From a virus, in the IMG/VR virus record IMGVR_UViG_3300018954_000002, positions 1-63,693 of that record: a DNA stretch of 63,693 bases. One strand, 5' to 3'. The translations under genes were made by a program, and so were the position numbers. Positions 33,406 through 42,551 of this stretch are shown here, piece by piece. Below the pieces are notes generated by a model, which did not search any database, was not told the DNA's origin, and saw only the letters and a list, made by a program, of their open reading frames with translations. Within the stretch, counting starts at the first letter, position 1. Each line of letters opens with the position of its first letter.

Positions 33406-33998
33406 CACGAACCGAGCCGCCCCGTGCCGGCACCGTAGACGGCGAACGCCTTGCCCGCGGCCGGGCGCTCGAACGACCACGTCGTCGCGATGCCCGCCGC
33501 CGTGCCGCGGCCGAACGAGGACTGCATCTCGCCGCCGTTGATGCACTGCCGACCGACCAGCCGCAGCGTGTGATCCAGCGACTCCCACCCGACCATGCAC
33601 CGGATGATCGCCTCGGGCTCCGGCGGCTCCAGCTTCGACGACAGCGTCGCGCCGGTGCCGGACACCGTGGAGATGGCCGACGTCGGCGCATTCATCGCCC
33701 GGCGCAGGTTGTGAAGGGTGTAGTTCATCATCACGAACGCCAGCGTCGTGGTCATCTCGGTCACCGAGTAGGCCACGGCGTCGAACAGCTCGGCCGCCCG
33801 GATGGGCTCGATGTTCTGCGTCGAGGCGAACGTCGAGCCCTCCTGCGTGGGCCCGGTCGGGATCCACGCCGCCGGCCACGTGTCCGCGTCGTAGGTGGAC
33901 CCGGCCGCCACGTGAGTAGGCTCGGCGGTCGCCAGCGGGGCCAGGAACAGGAACCCCGGCTCCTTGATGATATTGGGAGTGGTCTGCGACAGCGGCAT
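33405..33998 (-). CDS. Major tail protein
   Basis: 197 aa, in the canonical position upstream of the chaperones. Confidence 0.7.
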   Translation of the reverse strand: MPLSQTTPNIIKEPGFLFLAPLATAEPTHVAAGSTYDADTWPAAWIPTGPTQEGSTFASTQNIEPIRAAELFDAVAYSVTEMTTTLAFVMMNYTLHNLRRAMNAPTSAISTVSGTGATLSSKLEPPEPEAIIRCMVGWESLDHTLRLVGRQCINGGEMQSSFGRGTAAGIATTWSFERPAAGKAFAVYGAGTGRLGS

Positions 33999-34000
33999 GG

Positions 34001-34429
34001 CTACTTACCCCTCTTGATCGTGCTGGTCGCCGGCTTGTCGCCGTCGGTCTCCTCGGGCGCGGCCACCGCCTGCGGCTTCTCCTGCTCGGACTCGCGCTCG
34101 GCCTTGCGCGACGCAGCGGCCTTGTCCTTCTCGGCCCACGCCTCGCGCTCCGCGGTCGTCGCCGAGTCGGTGCGCTCCAGCACCTCCCGGCCCGCCGCCG
34201 ACGTGCGGGTGGTGACCAGGCCCATCTCGTCCCACTTGAGTCGCTCGACCGTGGAGATCGGCACAGCGTCGCCCGGGGTGAACGCGACCACCGCACCCCA
34301 CGGGATGTAGTCGAGGGCCACGTACTTGCCGTACTCGGCCTCCCGCTCGGCGCGACGCGCCTCCACCGCGGCGAGGTCGGGGTCAGCCGCCAGCGCCGCC
34401 TTGTCGTTCTCGATCCCTGGATACGTCAC
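34001..34429 (-). CDS. Hypothetical virion-module protein (142 aa)
   Basis: Protein-like ORF. Confidence 0.55.
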   Translation of the reverse strand: MTYPGIENDKAALAADPDLAAVEARRAEREAEYGKYVALDYIPWGAVVAFTPGDAVPISTVERLKWDEMGLVTTRTSAAGREVLERTDSATTAEREAWAEKDKAAASRKAERESEQEKPQAVAAPEETDGDKPATSTIKRGK

Positions 34430-34740
34430 TCCGCTACTCCTTCTAGGGCACGTTCGAGGAAGTTGGTCGCCCGCAGCCGGTCGGTTCCTTCGTTGTGGAA
34501 GTACATGTAAAAGCGGTCACGGGTCCACGAGACCCGCACCGTCCACTCGTCGATGTCGACCACCGGTTCGGCCCGGATCGACTCGGCACCGGCGCCGGTG
34601 CGCCGCGGCGCGTAGCCCGGGGACTTCGCCCGCTCGACCACCGGCGCGGCCTCTTCCATCAGGAAGTCGCGCAGGTCGTCGGAGGTCATCAGGGCGCGGT
34701 AGGCGCTCTCGTCGTGCACGACGCGGATGTCATCCGGCAT
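34426..34740 (-). CDS. HK97 gp10-like head-tail joining protein
   Basis: 104 aa with ...WTVRVSWTRDRFYMYFHNEGT... Sits in the head-tail connector region. Confidence 0.55.
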   Translation of the reverse strand: MPDDIRVVHDESAYRALMTSDDLRDFLMEEAAPVVERAKSPGYAPRRTGAGAESIRAEPVVDIDEWTVRVSWTRDRFYMYFHNEGTDRLRATNFLERALEGVAE

Positions 34741-35218
34741 AGCCGACCTCCTCGGCCGTGAACACGAGCGCCGCCGTGGCGGTCACCGACGGCTCCGGGT
34801 TCGGGGCGAGATCCTGCGCGTCCTGCGCATACGACGACAGCCACAGCCGACCGGTGGGCCACAGCGGCGCGTCGACGAGCGCCGACGCCACGGCCGAGCA
34901 CAGGTCGCCGAGCGCCTGATCGACGCCCTCGCGGTCCTCGCCGGGCTGGAACATCCGCACGCGCAGTTCGAGCGTCGGGGTCTGCGTGAGCACGGTCGGG
35001 GACTCGGCGGTCACCTCGCGCACGGCCGAGCGGATCGGCATGCCGTACACGCAGATCCGCTCCGGCATCTCGGCCGGCTCGAAGTGGGCGATCTCCACCG
35101 GCCGCGACGCGGTGGATACGAGCAGCTCGGTCCCGATCGGCGCGACGATGTCGCCGTCCGCGATGGAACGCAGGCGAGCCAGGGCCAGCCGCTTGATGGG
35201 CCACGCGAGGATCTTCAC
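34730..35218 (-). CDS. Head-tail connector/completion protein (163 aa)
   Basis: GTG at 35218. Called from position. Confidence 0.5.
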   Translation of the reverse strand: MKILAWPIKRLALARLRSIADGDIVAPIGTELLVSTASRPVEIAHFEPAEMPERICVYGMPIRSAVREVTAESPTVLTQTPTLELRVRMFQPGEDREGVDQALGDLCSAVASALVDAPLWPTGRLWLSSYAQDAQDLAPNPEPSVTATAALVFTAEEVGYAG

Positions 35219-35222
35219 GCGA

Positions 35223-36095
35223 TCACCCGAACCCGGGGCGCGGCGACAGGTGGCGGGCGTACGCGGCGTCCGTCTCGGGGATGCCGGTCCGGTCCTCGGT
35301 GGCTGAGGCGTAGACCGTGCTGCCGCCGGCCGCGTCCACCGTGACGACCCGGGCGGCGCGGTCCGAGAGCGCCGACTGGTTGGCCATCGCGAGGCTCTTG
35401 AAGCGCAGCAGGGCACCGCGCTTGATGTCGGGCACCGGGCGGTCGTGGCCGTGCTCGTACTCGACGACGACGTTGCGGGCGCCGGGGTGCACCGACCCCC
35501 ACGAGCCGGGCGGGTAGATCAGGCCCGTGTCGGAGAACGTCAGCGCGGCGACTGCGGATGGGGCGTACGCCACGCCGTTGACGGTCATCGCCCGGACGGC
35601 GCGGATCATCGTGTGGGTGGTCACCAGGGGCCCGAGGGAGTTGCCGGACAGGGTCTCGCGGCAGAACCGGGGCACCCACGCCTGCCCGGTGATCTGCTCG
35701 CACTCGTCCTCGGTGTTGGTGCGCGCCTCGATCAGTTTCGCGGTCGGGTAGCGCGTGGTGTTCTGTAGCGCCGCGTCGGACGCCCGTCCCTCGGCGAGAC
35801 CGAAGTAGAAGCTGCCGACGACCTCGATCCGGTCCTGGTCGAAGACGATGGCGTCGCCGCCGAACGTGCCCGACCACGTCACCGTCAGCTCGTCGAGGAC
35901 GTCGGAGCCGGGGAACAGGTAGGAGTATGCGTTGTTGATGTCCGGACCGGTGGCCGACGCGACGTCGACCACCGTCCCGTCCAGGCGGGCGACGGACACC
36001 GTGACGGACCCCGTAGCGGGCGTTCCCACCTCGTCGAGATAGAACGTCCGCTGCAAGGTCGCCTTGGAGGTCCGCAGGACCCGCAGATCGGTCAC
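35223..36095 (-). CDS. Virion structural protein (290 aa)
   Basis: GTG at 36095. Called from position, between the head and tail genes. Confidence 0.5.
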   Translation of the reverse strand: MTDLRVLRTSKATLQRTFYLDEVGTPATGSVTVSVARLDGTVVDVASATGPDINNAYSYLFPGSDVLDELTVTWSGTFGGDAIVFDQDRIEVVGSFYFGLAEGRASDAALQNTTRYPTAKLIEARTNTEDECEQITGQAWVPRFCRETLSGNSLGPLVTTHTMIRAVRAMTVNGVAYAPSAVAALTFSDTGLIYPPGSWGSVHPGARNVVVEYEHGHDRPVPDIKRGALLRFKSLAMANQSALSDRAARVVTVDAAGGSTVYASATEDRTGIPETDAAYARHLSPRPGFG

Positions 36096-36096
36096 G

Positions 36097-36585
36097 TCAA
36101 GCCTTCGGCTTCCCGGTCCGACCCTGCGGCGGCTGCGTGCGCGCACCGCTGCGCAGCGACTCGACGTCCACCCGGGCCGACCCGCCGGTCGGGGCCGCCG
36201 GCTCGTCGCCGATGACGTCGCGGACGTCCTGCGAGTTGTCGTAGGCCGCCTCCACGGCTGCGCGCCGCTTCTCGGCCGCGTTCGTGAGGTCGCTCATCTC
36301 CGCTCCGATCCGCTTCTCTGCCGCGATGGTGAGCTGTTCGTTCGAGTCGTGCGGCGGGATGTTGCGGGGGTCGCTGCCGTCGAACGGCACCTTCGGGTTG
36401 GTGTTGTCGTCGATCGTCGGGTCGCTCGTGCCGTGCGGCTGCACCGGCACGTGCCCGGAGTTGTCGGTGACGACGTTGTTCGGCTGCGGCTCGGGCTGCG
36501 CGCCCTCGATGTCGCTGGCCGTGGGCGGCGGCGCCGTCTCTTCCTTCGGCGCCGCGGTCGACTTGCTGTCCTTCTGCTCAGCCAT
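36097..36585 (-). CDS. Hypothetical Pro/Asp-rich protein (162 aa)
   Basis: ATG at 36585. Confidence 0.5.
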   Translation of the reverse strand: MAEQKDSKSTAAPKEETAPPPTASDIEGAQPEPQPNNVVTDNSGHVPVQPHGTSDPTIDDNTNPKVPFDGSDPRNIPPHDSNEQLTIAAEKRIGAEMSDLTNAAEKRRAAVEAAYDNSQDVRDVIGDEPAAPTGGSARVDVESLRSGARTQPPQGRTGKPKA

Positions 36586-37150
36586 GAGTGGCCGCTTCCC
36601 TTCCGTGAACGTGCACGAGTCCGTATCCGTCCGGGTCCACCGACCCGACGAGTTCCTTTCCACCGCAGGGACGCAGGCCCGCCCAGAAGCGCCGGACCCC
36701 CGGGTACCGGAAGTTGGCGATGCCGCGCACGAGTACGAGCCCGCCGGGGCGGACCATCGGCGCGAACCGCTGGTAGTCCGCCCGGATCCCGTGCTCGGTA
36801 TCCCGGCCGCCGAGCACCAGCACGTCCACCGCCCGCCCGCCGATCAGGTCGCCGACCCGCCCGTACGGCACGGGCTGGCGCGGATCGCCCACGACCACCG
36901 AGACGGACGTCGGCCACCGGTCGCCGGTGAACCCGTCCTCCGGAGCCGGGTCGCGGTCGGCCAGCGCGACGAGTTCCGCGCCGGTCGACCACCACGCCCA
37001 CCACACGGCGGGCTCCGACCGGATGTCCACGATCAACCTCGGGTGCAGGGTCTCGACCACGTCGAGGGCCGCCCACAGCTCGTGCGGGTTGATCCCGGCG
37101 CAGCGACGCCCCGCCTCAAGGGCGATGTCGCGAGACAGCTCCGCGGTCAT
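36578..37150 (-). CDS. Class I SAM-methyltransferase-fold (Methyltransf_24/CmcI-like) protein
   Basis: DVLVLGGRDTEHGIRADYQRFAPMVRPGGLVLVRGI resembles the family core. The Gly-rich motif I is degenerate (LIVDIRSEPAVWW). Confidence 0.45.
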   Translation of the reverse strand: MTAELSRDIALEAGRRCAGINPHELWAALDVVETLHPRLIVDIRSEPAVWWAWWSTGAELVALADRDPAPEDGFTGDRWPTSVSVVVGDPRQPVPYGRVGDLIGGRAVDVLVLGGRDTEHGIRADYQRFAPMVRPGGLVLVRGIANFRYPGVRRFWAGLRPCGGKELVGSVDPDGYGLVHVHGREAATHG

Positions 37151-37152
37151 CG

Positions 37153-37515
37153 TCAGTCCCCGAACACCACGACGGCCACCTTCGCCGTCACCGCCGGGGT
37201 CGTCCCGGCCACCGTGGCGGTGACGCGGACGAACGACTGCGTCGGGATCGCGGACACGGTAGCGTTGCCGACGCCCGCGAGGGCCGCCGACGACGCGCCG
37301 GGAACCGCGGCCCATCCGGTGCTGCCGTTCTCCGACTGTTCCACGACCACGGTGAGCGTCGGGCCGGTGCCCGTCGCCGCTGAGGTGTGGACCATGACCA
37401 GTACGACGGCGGCCTCTCCCGACGCGGCGAGCGGGCCGGACGACGTAGCGCCCGCCCCTGCCGTGGTGAGCGTGAGCGCGATGTCGCCCCGAGCGAACTG
37501 CAACCCTGCCGGCAT
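37153..37515 (-). CDS. Small Ala/Thr/Val-rich head-associated protein (120 aa)
   Basis: Directly downstream of the capsid gene. Confidence 0.5.
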   Translation of the reverse strand: MPAGLQFARGDIALTLTTAGAGATSSGPLAASGEAAVVLVMVHTSAATGTGPTLTVVVEQSENGSTGWAAVPGASSAALAGVGNATVSAIPTQSFVRVTATVAGTTPAVTAKVAVVVFGD

Positions 37516-37551
37516 ATCTACCGCCCTCCTTAAAGTTTCGGGGCCGAGACT

Positions 37552-39003
37552 TTAGAAGGTCGGGGTGACCATGCCGGTGTCGGTGATCGCCTGCACCGAG
37601 TTACTAAACCGCCTGAAGCTGTAGGCAAAGTAACCATACAGGACCATAAGGACACCCAAACTCGCCGCCGCGGCCTGCTCTGCCCGGATGAAGATCGGGG
37701 CGTTGGGGTCTTCCCAGAGATGGCACTCGTCGGTGTCGACGATGTAGATCCGGTCCTCATTCGTGCCCGTGCCGAGGTTGGTCGCGATGTTCGCGTCCGT
37801 GACCACGGCCAGACCCGACGGCAGGAACCCGCGGAACCCGCGCCCGTACTCGGCGCCGGTCGCCACGCCGCCCGCGTCGCCCGGGATGTTCGGCTGCTGG
37901 ATGAACGGGCGCGAGGTGGTGAGCTGCGACTGCATCCAGTACCACCGGCGGGGGTGCATGAGAGCCACCTTCGCCGAGCCGAGACCTTGGAGTGCCGTCT
38001 CGACCGCGCCGGCCGCGCCGAGCAGCTTCGGCCACAGCTCGGCCGCCGTCGGGGAGGCGTCGGTGTAGGCGTTGGCCACGGCTACCGCGTTGAGCCCGGT
38101 CGTCGCCTGGTTGATCAGGGTGGAGTCCAGGGTCGCCGCGTACCGGCGCATGAGGTCGTCCATCACGACGCCCTCGACGCCCGTGCCACGCTCGATCGCC
38201 TGACGGGACAGGGTCTGCTGGCCCGCCGCCGTCTGGATGTTCTCGGTCAACAACGTGTCGTCGATGTCGGTGTTGCTGACGTTCGTGTTCTCCGACGCCT
38301 GCAACGCCACGCTGGTCGGCGTGGTGATGCGGGAGATGTTGACCGTCATGCCGGAGTCCGGGAGGTCGTGGCGGTTGCAGATGTCCGCGAACGGCCGCAT
38401 GTTCGACAGGGCCGGGGCGTACAGCTCCGTGAGGTACTGCGGCACGACGAGGCCCGCGAACGCGCCGGTGCCCGCCGCACGGGTGAGGTACTGGCCGCGC
38501 TCGACCCGCTCCTCCTGCATGTGGCGGTTGAGTCGCTGCTCGGCCTCCAGGTCGCCGTAGAGGGTCTTCATGACGATGTCGCGCACGAACGGGCCGCCCT
38601 TGCCGGTGTTGCCCCGGTGGTAGGTGCGCTCCTCCTGGCCGATGCGGTGCACGTGGTCATAGGCGGGGGATCCTCCGGCGCGCTGGCCGCGCTCGGGGAG
38701 CGGCTGCGCGCCGCCCGGCCCGCGCTGCGCGAGCGCTTCGTCGGCCTCCATCTCGCGGACCTTGGTCCGGCGGGCGATCTCCAGCTTGCGCCGGACGCCT
38801 TCGAGCTCGGCCTTGGCTGCGGAGTCGTTGCGCTCCTCGGCCTGCACTTCGTCGTCTTCGGATTCGGTCAGGTTGGCACGGCCGTCACGCTTCGCGCGTT
38901 CGAGGATGGAGCGGATCGTCGCGCGGGAGCGGTCGCCGCGCTTGATGGCCTGCTCTTCCTCAACCTCAAGGCCGATGATGATGTCGTCGATCGTCGCAGC
39001 CAT
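37552..39003 (-). CDS. HK97-fold major capsid protein with an N-terminal coiled-coil delta domain
   Basis: AAGGAGA RBS before the ATG at 39003. 483 aa. Confidence 0.85.
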   Translation of the reverse strand: MAATIDDIIIGLEVEEEQAIKRGDRSRATIRSILERAKRDGRANLTESEDDEVQAEERNDSAAKAELEGVRRKLEIARRTKVREMEADEALAQRGPGGAQPLPERGQRAGGSPAYDHVHRIGQEERTYHRGNTGKGGPFVRDIVMKTLYGDLEAEQRLNRHMQEERVERGQYLTRAAGTGAFAGLVVPQYLTELYAPALSNMRPFADICNRHDLPDSGMTVNISRITTPTSVALQASENTNVSNTDIDDTLLTENIQTAAGQQTLSRQAIERGTGVEGVVMDDLMRRYAATLDSTLINQATTGLNAVAVANAYTDASPTAAELWPKLLGAAGAVETALQGLGSAKVALMHPRRWYWMQSQLTTSRPFIQQPNIPGDAGGVATGAEYGRGFRGFLPSGLAVVTDANIATNLGTGTNEDRIYIVDTDECHLWEDPNAPIFIRAEQAAAASLGVLMVLYGYFAYSFRRFSNSVQAITDTGMVTPTF

Positions 39004-39058
39004 GACGGCTGTCTCCTTACGTAGCAGGGTGTGAGCCTGCCGCGCAGGAACGGTCACG

Positions 39059-39178
39059 TGCCGGTCTGACTGCCGGGTGCGTTCGTCCTAACCGCCGCGA
39101 TCTGACTGTCTCGCCGGTCTGCGTGGCTTGTGGGACGCGCGCCCGGTCTGGCTGCCGGGGACCGCCGATCTGACTGTC
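39059..39178. repeat. Imperfect tandem duplication in the protease-capsid intergenic region
   Basis: CCGGTCTG(A/G)CTGCCGG at about 39061 and 39143. ACCGCC(GC)GATCTGACTGTC at 39091-39110 and 39161-39178. A partial CCGGTCTGCGTGG at 39114. Confidence 0.75.
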
Positions 39179-39200
39179 GACGGAAGGTGCGCCGTGCTGA

Positions 39201-40979
39201 TTACTTCTCTGCGGCTAGTTGCGCCTCGATGAGCGCAATGCTACGGCCCCGAGGCTGCTCAGGGGTAGCGGTGATGTTCTTGGACCGCTCGACGATCGCG
39301 CGGGCGACGTCCGGGTCGGTGCGTTCGCGCATGGCCAGCGCGTCCGGTGTGCCGAGCGAGGACGCCTCGATCCGACGGGCGATCCGCCGCTGCATCGGGT
39401 CCGGGGCCGCGCCGCGGCCGGCGTACCGGTAGCCGTAGCGGGTGATGTCGTGCGTCCGGGCCATCCGCTCGTCGAGATCACGGTCGCCGGTCGCCGGGGT
39501 GCGGTCGTGGCGCGTCTCCACCCGGTCGGCGAGACCGAGGTCGACGGCCTCCTTGCCGATGGCCCACGTCTCCGCGCGCATGAGGTCCATCCACTCGGCC
39601 GGGTCGCCCCCGGCCCGCCGGGCGTACAGGTCGGCGATGTTCTCCGACTGACGGCGCAAGAAGGTGACCATCCGGTCGTGGTCCATGTCGTCGCCGTCGG
39701 TCGTCGCCGACGCGCAGTGAATCATCATCTGTGTGCCCGGCATCATCACGACCTCGTCACCCGCCATGGCGATCACCGACGCCGCGCTCGCCGCGTACCC
39801 GTCGATGTACGACGTCACGCGGGCCGGGTGGTGCAGCAAGGACGAGTGGATCGCCAAGGCGTCGAACACGCTGCCGCCCGGCGAGTTGATCCGAAGGGTG
39901 ATGTTCGGGGCCGTGATCTCCTCCAGCGCCATCGCGAACGATTTGGCGTTGGTGCCGAACGACCCGCCGATCTCGTCGTAGATGAAAATCGTTGCCGTCG
40001 CGCTGTCGCCCTGCGCCGCCTTGCCGTCCCGGGCGTCGTCGTACTCCTCGCCGTCCGCGTTGCGGATGGCAAACCACGGCAGTTTCACGTTCTGGATCGT
40101 GGACACCGTGCGCTCGGTCTGCTCGCCCGCGAAGAACCGGCGGTACCGGTCCGCGGTCCGGTCGATGCGCGCCCGCAGTCGGGCGGCGAGATCCGAGCCG
40201 GACGCCGACCGCCCGGCGACCTCGATACGCTCCCGCCGTGCGCTGGTCGGCGCCTCGCCGCGGCGCTGCAACCGCTCGGCCGCCGCGCGCAACGCACCTT
40301 GCGGCAGGTGGTCGATGTCGTTGAGCACCTCGGCCGTACGGGCGGCGATGTCGGTGTACGGGTTCGCGCCGTAGTTCACCGCCGACACGTCGCCGCGGTC
40401 GATGTCCCACTCGATGATCTCGAACTCGGTCCAATCCTCCGACCACAGCCCCTTACCCTCGGGGATCATGAAGGCGTAGGACATCTGGTCGATGTTGCCG
40501 TCGTCCATGGCAATTAGCATGTCGGCCACGTCGCGGCGCTTCGGGTTGACCCATGCGTCATGCCACGCGCCGGTGTCCTCCTCGCGCAGTTCGAGCGTCG
40601 GCTGCCGGGTCCCGTTCGTCGCCGTCCGGGCCATCGTCACCCCGGCGTGGTTGATGAGGAACGCCACGTCGGGATCCGACGCCAGCGAGCGAGCACCCGA
40701 CCCGGTCCGCACCCGCTCGGCGTACTCGCCGAACACGTCCCACATCGGATACGACCGGTTGTAGACCGTGAAGTAGCCGAAGGTGTGCACCATGTCGATG
40801 CCGTTGCGCTTCTCGGGCTTCGCCCGGATCTGCGTCTTCGTCGGCACTCGCCGGGCCGCGCCGATCCCCGGCACGGCCGACCGGTACGCCCGGAACGCGG
40901 CGTCACCCCCGCGCTCCCCATGCTGCTCCGCGGCCTGCCGCCGCAGCGCGGCGGCTGCGCGTCGTTCGCTCGCCGACAT
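39201..40979 (-). CDS. Prohead protease fusion: HK97-type S78 domain plus ClpP-like S14 domain
   Basis: N-terminal FGYFTVYN...FLINH...MSYAF...GANP. Central IFIYDEIGG...INSPGGSV...GYAASAASVIAMAG...MIHCAS. One continuous 592-aa frame. Confidence 0.75.
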   Translation of the reverse strand: MSASERRAAAALRRQAAEQHGERGGDAAFRAYRSAVPGIGAARRVPTKTQIRAKPEKRNGIDMVHTFGYFTVYNRSYPMWDVFGEYAERVRTGSGARSLASDPDVAFLINHAGVTMARTATNGTRQPTLELREEDTGAWHDAWVNPKRRDVADMLIAMDDGNIDQMSYAFMIPEGKGLWSEDWTEFEIIEWDIDRGDVSAVNYGANPYTDIAARTAEVLNDIDHLPQGALRAAAERLQRRGEAPTSARRERIEVAGRSASGSDLAARLRARIDRTADRYRRFFAGEQTERTVSTIQNVKLPWFAIRNADGEEYDDARDGKAAQGDSATATIFIYDEIGGSFGTNAKSFAMALEEITAPNITLRINSPGGSVFDALAIHSSLLHHPARVTSYIDGYAASAASVIAMAGDEVVMMPGTQMMIHCASATTDGDDMDHDRMVTFLRRQSENIADLYARRAGGDPAEWMDLMRAETWAIGKEAVDLGLADRVETRHDRTPATGDRDLDERMARTHDITRYGYRYAGRGAAPDPMQRRIARRIEASSLGTPDALAMRERTDPDVARAIVERSKNITATPEQPRGRSIALIEAQLAAEK

Positions 40980-40986
40980 GTCTCGC

Positions 40987-42231
40987 CTACCTCTCATCCG
41001 CGCCGGGGCCGGGCAGGTTGCCGAGCTCGCCGGGGTCGCTGTCGCTGGCCGCGCCCTTCGGCGGGCCGTAGATCTTCTCGAACTCGTCGATCTGCGCGTC
41101 GGTCAGCGCAGGCAGGTTCTCCAGGGCGCGAGCCTCGGTGTTGGTCAGCAGGCGCGAGTCGATGCGGGACTTGAGCACCTTCTGTCGGGTCGCCGGGTCC
41201 ATCCGCAGCAGGGCGTCGGTGTTCATCTTCACGTACCGCGGCGTCGGCAACAGGCGCGACAGGGCCCGCTCGCGGCGCTTCACTGAGGGGCCCATGTGGT
41301 AGATCAAGAACTGCAGGTTGCGCTCGGTGATGTTGGCGTACGTGATGCTGCCGCCCGAGCTGGCCTGCACGTCCACGAGGTCGGCCGGCGTGTCGAAGAA
41401 TCGGCAGATGTCCGCGCCGGCCAACTTCCGGCCGTCGATGAACTCCTGCCCCGCCTGCTCGGCTTGGATGACTTTGTACTCCCAGTCCGCGCCGGTGACG
41501 AGCAGATCGCCGTTGGCCACCGTGTCGGCCCACCACTGCTTGACCTGAGGCGTGTCCTCGCCGTTGAGCCGCTTCGCGGTGTTGCGCATCATCGCCTTGG
41601 GCACGCCGCCGCCACCGAACCAATCCAGGCCATACTGCTGCATGTTCAGCGCCTCGCCGATCGACAGCGCCGCGTACAGCACCGTCGGGAGGCCGACCTT
41701 GAGTCCGGGTACCACGTTGGCCCGCTCGTGGTAGACGTCCTCCGGGTCGTATTCCTCCTTGCCGATCCGCCACCGCGGAGCCTCGCCGGGTCGGGCGATG
41801 TACGCGCACGTCGACGCCTGCACCAGTTCGATCCGGGTCGGGATCCCCTTCTTGTGGTACTTCGAGGGCAGGGTGGAGCGCTCGACGATCAGGCCCACGG
41901 CGTTGCCGGAGCGGCGCAGGTCCACCTCGGTCATGGCGAGGAAGTCGACGATGTCGAGCTCCGTGCCGCCGGGGTCGGTGAGGATGGCGGGCTTCATCGG
42001 CAGTTCGGTCTGCATGCCGAGCAGGTCGCGGTACTGGTCGACGGGGAAGGTGGACATCAGGCCGGCGTGCAGGCGGATGCATGCCCAGACGACGGAGTTC
42101 CGCATCGCCTTGTCGTCGGTGACGACCACCTTCCCGACCTGCCGGGTACCGCCGCCTGCCCGACCGGGGATCAGATCCTCGGCCCCGGTGATGCCCCAGA
42201 ACGCCCGCGCCTGCCGACCGAACAGCCCCAT
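40987..42231 (-). CDS. Portal protein (HK97 family)
   Basis: 414 aa, downstream of the terminase. Confidence 0.85.
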   Translation of the reverse strand: MGLFGRQARAFWGITGAEDLIPGRAGGGTRQVGKVVVTDDKAMRNSVVWACIRLHAGLMSTFPVDQYRDLLGMQTELPMKPAILTDPGGTELDIVDFLAMTEVDLRRSGNAVGLIVERSTLPSKYHKKGIPTRIELVQASTCAYIARPGEAPRWRIGKEEYDPEDVYHERANVVPGLKVGLPTVLYAALSIGEALNMQQYGLDWFGGGGVPKAMMRNTAKRLNGEDTPQVKQWWADTVANGDLLVTGADWEYKVIQAEQAGQEFIDGRKLAGADICRFFDTPADLVDVQASSGGSITYANITERNLQFLIYHMGPSVKRRERALSRLLPTPRYVKMNTDALLRMDPATRQKVLKSRIDSRLLTNTEARALENLPALTDAQIDEFEKIYGPPKGAASDSDPGELGNLPGPGADER

Positions 42232-42548
42232 CAGTGGCCCCTAACGTGCAGAGTGCCCGGGTCTTCCGGGCCGGGCAGCGCAGTCACGTGTGGGTGCTTA
42301 CCGCGCGGCACCTTCGCCGGGCGCGCCGGGATCTGCCGACGCTGCGCAATGCCGGAGAGCGCGGTGACGACCAGTCCGGCGCAGAGCAACCCCACAGGGA
42401 TCCCCCATGCCTCCCACGCCCCGGCGCCGGCCGCCGCGGCGAGCAAGAGCACGCCGAGGGCATCCATCACCGTCGTGACGACGTCGTTAAACCGGCGCAC
42501 GAGCGGATCGGGCCGCGCGAGCACCTGCGGCGCGTCGTCGTCAGCCAT
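42231..42548 (-). CDS. Small membrane protein (105 aa)
   Basis: Two hydrophobic helices. Lies between the terminase and the portal. Confidence 0.5.
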   Translation of the reverse strand: MADDDAPQVLARPDPLVRRFNDVVTTVMDALGVLLLAAAAGAGAWEAWGIPVGLLCAGLVVTALSGIAQRRQIPARPAKVPRGKHPHVTALPGPEDPGTLHVRGH

Positions 42549-42551
42549 GCG

